From Bacteroidia bacterium (lineage in GTDB: Bacteria; Bacteroidota; Bacteroidia; SpSt-205): DNA of 64,000 nt. The stretch spans positions 24,224-88,223 of the forward strand of contig BPGW01000001.1 of NCBI GenBank assembly GCA_026003235.1. The letters are read 5' to 3'. The notes under the pieces were generated by a model. The model searched no databases, was not told the DNA's origin, and saw nothing but the letters and a program-made list of their open reading frames with translations. Every line of letters begins with the position of its first letter. The first letter of the stretch is position 1. Positions 63,488 to 64,000 of the stretch are shown here, in pieces. The translations under genes and the position numbers were made by a program.

Positions 63488-64000
63488 ATGGCCAATCCTG
63501 TAGTGCCCCGGCCTCATTGGCTGCGGGTCAGGCTCCCGTCAGGGGAAAATTATCGTTTTGTCCGAGCTGTCATAGACGCCCACCAGCTTCATACGGTATG
63601 TGAGAGTGCCCACTGCCCCAACATGGGGGAATGTTGGGGAGCAGGGACGGCTACCTTCATGATTCTGGGCAATGTATGCACGCGGTCTTGTGGGTTTTGT
63701 GCGGTCCTTACGGGCCGGCCTACTGAGCTGGACTGGGAGGAGCCTCAGAGGGTGGCTGAAGCGGTGGCCCTTATGAAGCTCAAGCACTGCGTCATCACCT
63801 CCGTTAACCGAGATGAGCTCAAAGATGGGGGTGCAGAAATCTGGGCCCGCACCGTTCGGGCCATCAAGGAGCGCATGCCCGAAACCACGATAGAAGTGCT
63901 TCTGCCAGACTTTAAGGGAAACTGGGATGCGTTGTACCGGGTGCTGGAAGAAAAACCTGATGTGGTTTCGCACAACATGGAGACCGTGAAGCGCCTATAT
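63488..64000 (+). CDS. lipA: Lipoyl synthase (3'-truncated by the window edge)
   Basis: Hand translation gives [73 protein letters not shown]...[12 protein letters not shown]...[11 protein letters not shown]. It has both Cys clusters ([12 protein letters not shown] and CTRSCGFC). It is absent from the ORF track because no stop falls in the window. Confidence 0.93.
   Translation, partial: MANPVVPRPHWLRVRLPSGENYRFVRAVIDAHQLHTVCESAHCPNMGECWGAGTATFMILGNVCTRSCGFCAVLTGRPTELDWEEPQRVAEAVALMKLKHCVITSVNRDELKDGGAEIWARTVRAIKERMPETTIEVLLPDFKGNWDALYRVLEEKPDVVSHNMETVKRLY

Noticed and set aside
63539-63973. 144-aa minus-strand ORF, the only ORF the track lists in this region
   Set aside because: The plus strand encodes an unmistakable lipoyl synthase (both Cys clusters) that the track omitted because it runs off the window. 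The minus ORF is its shadow.
1-64000. Search for CRISPR arrays, IS or transposase genes, integrases, phage modules, toxin-antitoxin pairs and known defence genes
   Set aside because: By eye I found no direct-repeat/spacer arrays, no DDE, serine or tyrosine recombinase motifs and no phage structural genes. The single tRNA has no adjacent integrase. The window reads as core chromosome. The only HGT-like signal is the AT-rich dam gene.

Overview
This is a visibly high-G+C bacterial chromosome segment (G+C not computed). It is almost certainly Bacteroidota: it carries gldF/gldG gliding-motility ABC genes followed by a DUF4340-like gene, a GWxTD protein, a subtilase with a T9SS-type C-terminal sorting domain, a TonB-dependent receptor with a CarboxypepD_reg-like N-terminus, and TAnnTTTG (-7 type) promoter motifs. 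Coding density is very high. I count about 58 protein genes in long co-directional arrays with many overlapping start/stop junctions, plus one tRNA. There is no rRNA, CRISPR, transposase, integrase or phage gene. The content is mainly housekeeping (argS, queA, rpsT, mnmG, ybeY, prmC, nadA, lipA, thiL, aceB-aceA, a PDH-type E2, acyl-CoA dehydrogenase, crotonase) and envelope functions (BamA/TamA-like, porin-like barrels, TBDR, M23, M48, S8, flippase, glycosyltransferases). I do not see a convincing multi-gene defence or mobile island and I will not invent one. The items most worth a second look are listed here. (1) A tRNA-Pro whose hand-folded anticodon is AGG (A34); the 3' end of prmC overlaps its 5' end. 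(2) TAnnTTTG motifs sit 3-6 nt upstream of about 19 start codons, which implies widespread leaderless mRNAs. (3) Two disrupted genes: gldG has an in-frame TAA and an AlkB-family hydroxylase has two compensating frameshifts. (4) An unlisted 31-codon bS22-like basic ORF between RNase G and rpsT. (5) A ComEA-type helix-hairpin-helix domain fused to a large outer-membrane barrel. (6) An orphan Dam methylase, locally AT-rich, wedged between metabolic genes. (7) A Ycf46-like AAA+ ATPase and a eukaryote-like indoleamine 2,3-dioxygenase. All functional calls rest on motifs read by eye from the supplied translations. No database search was possible.
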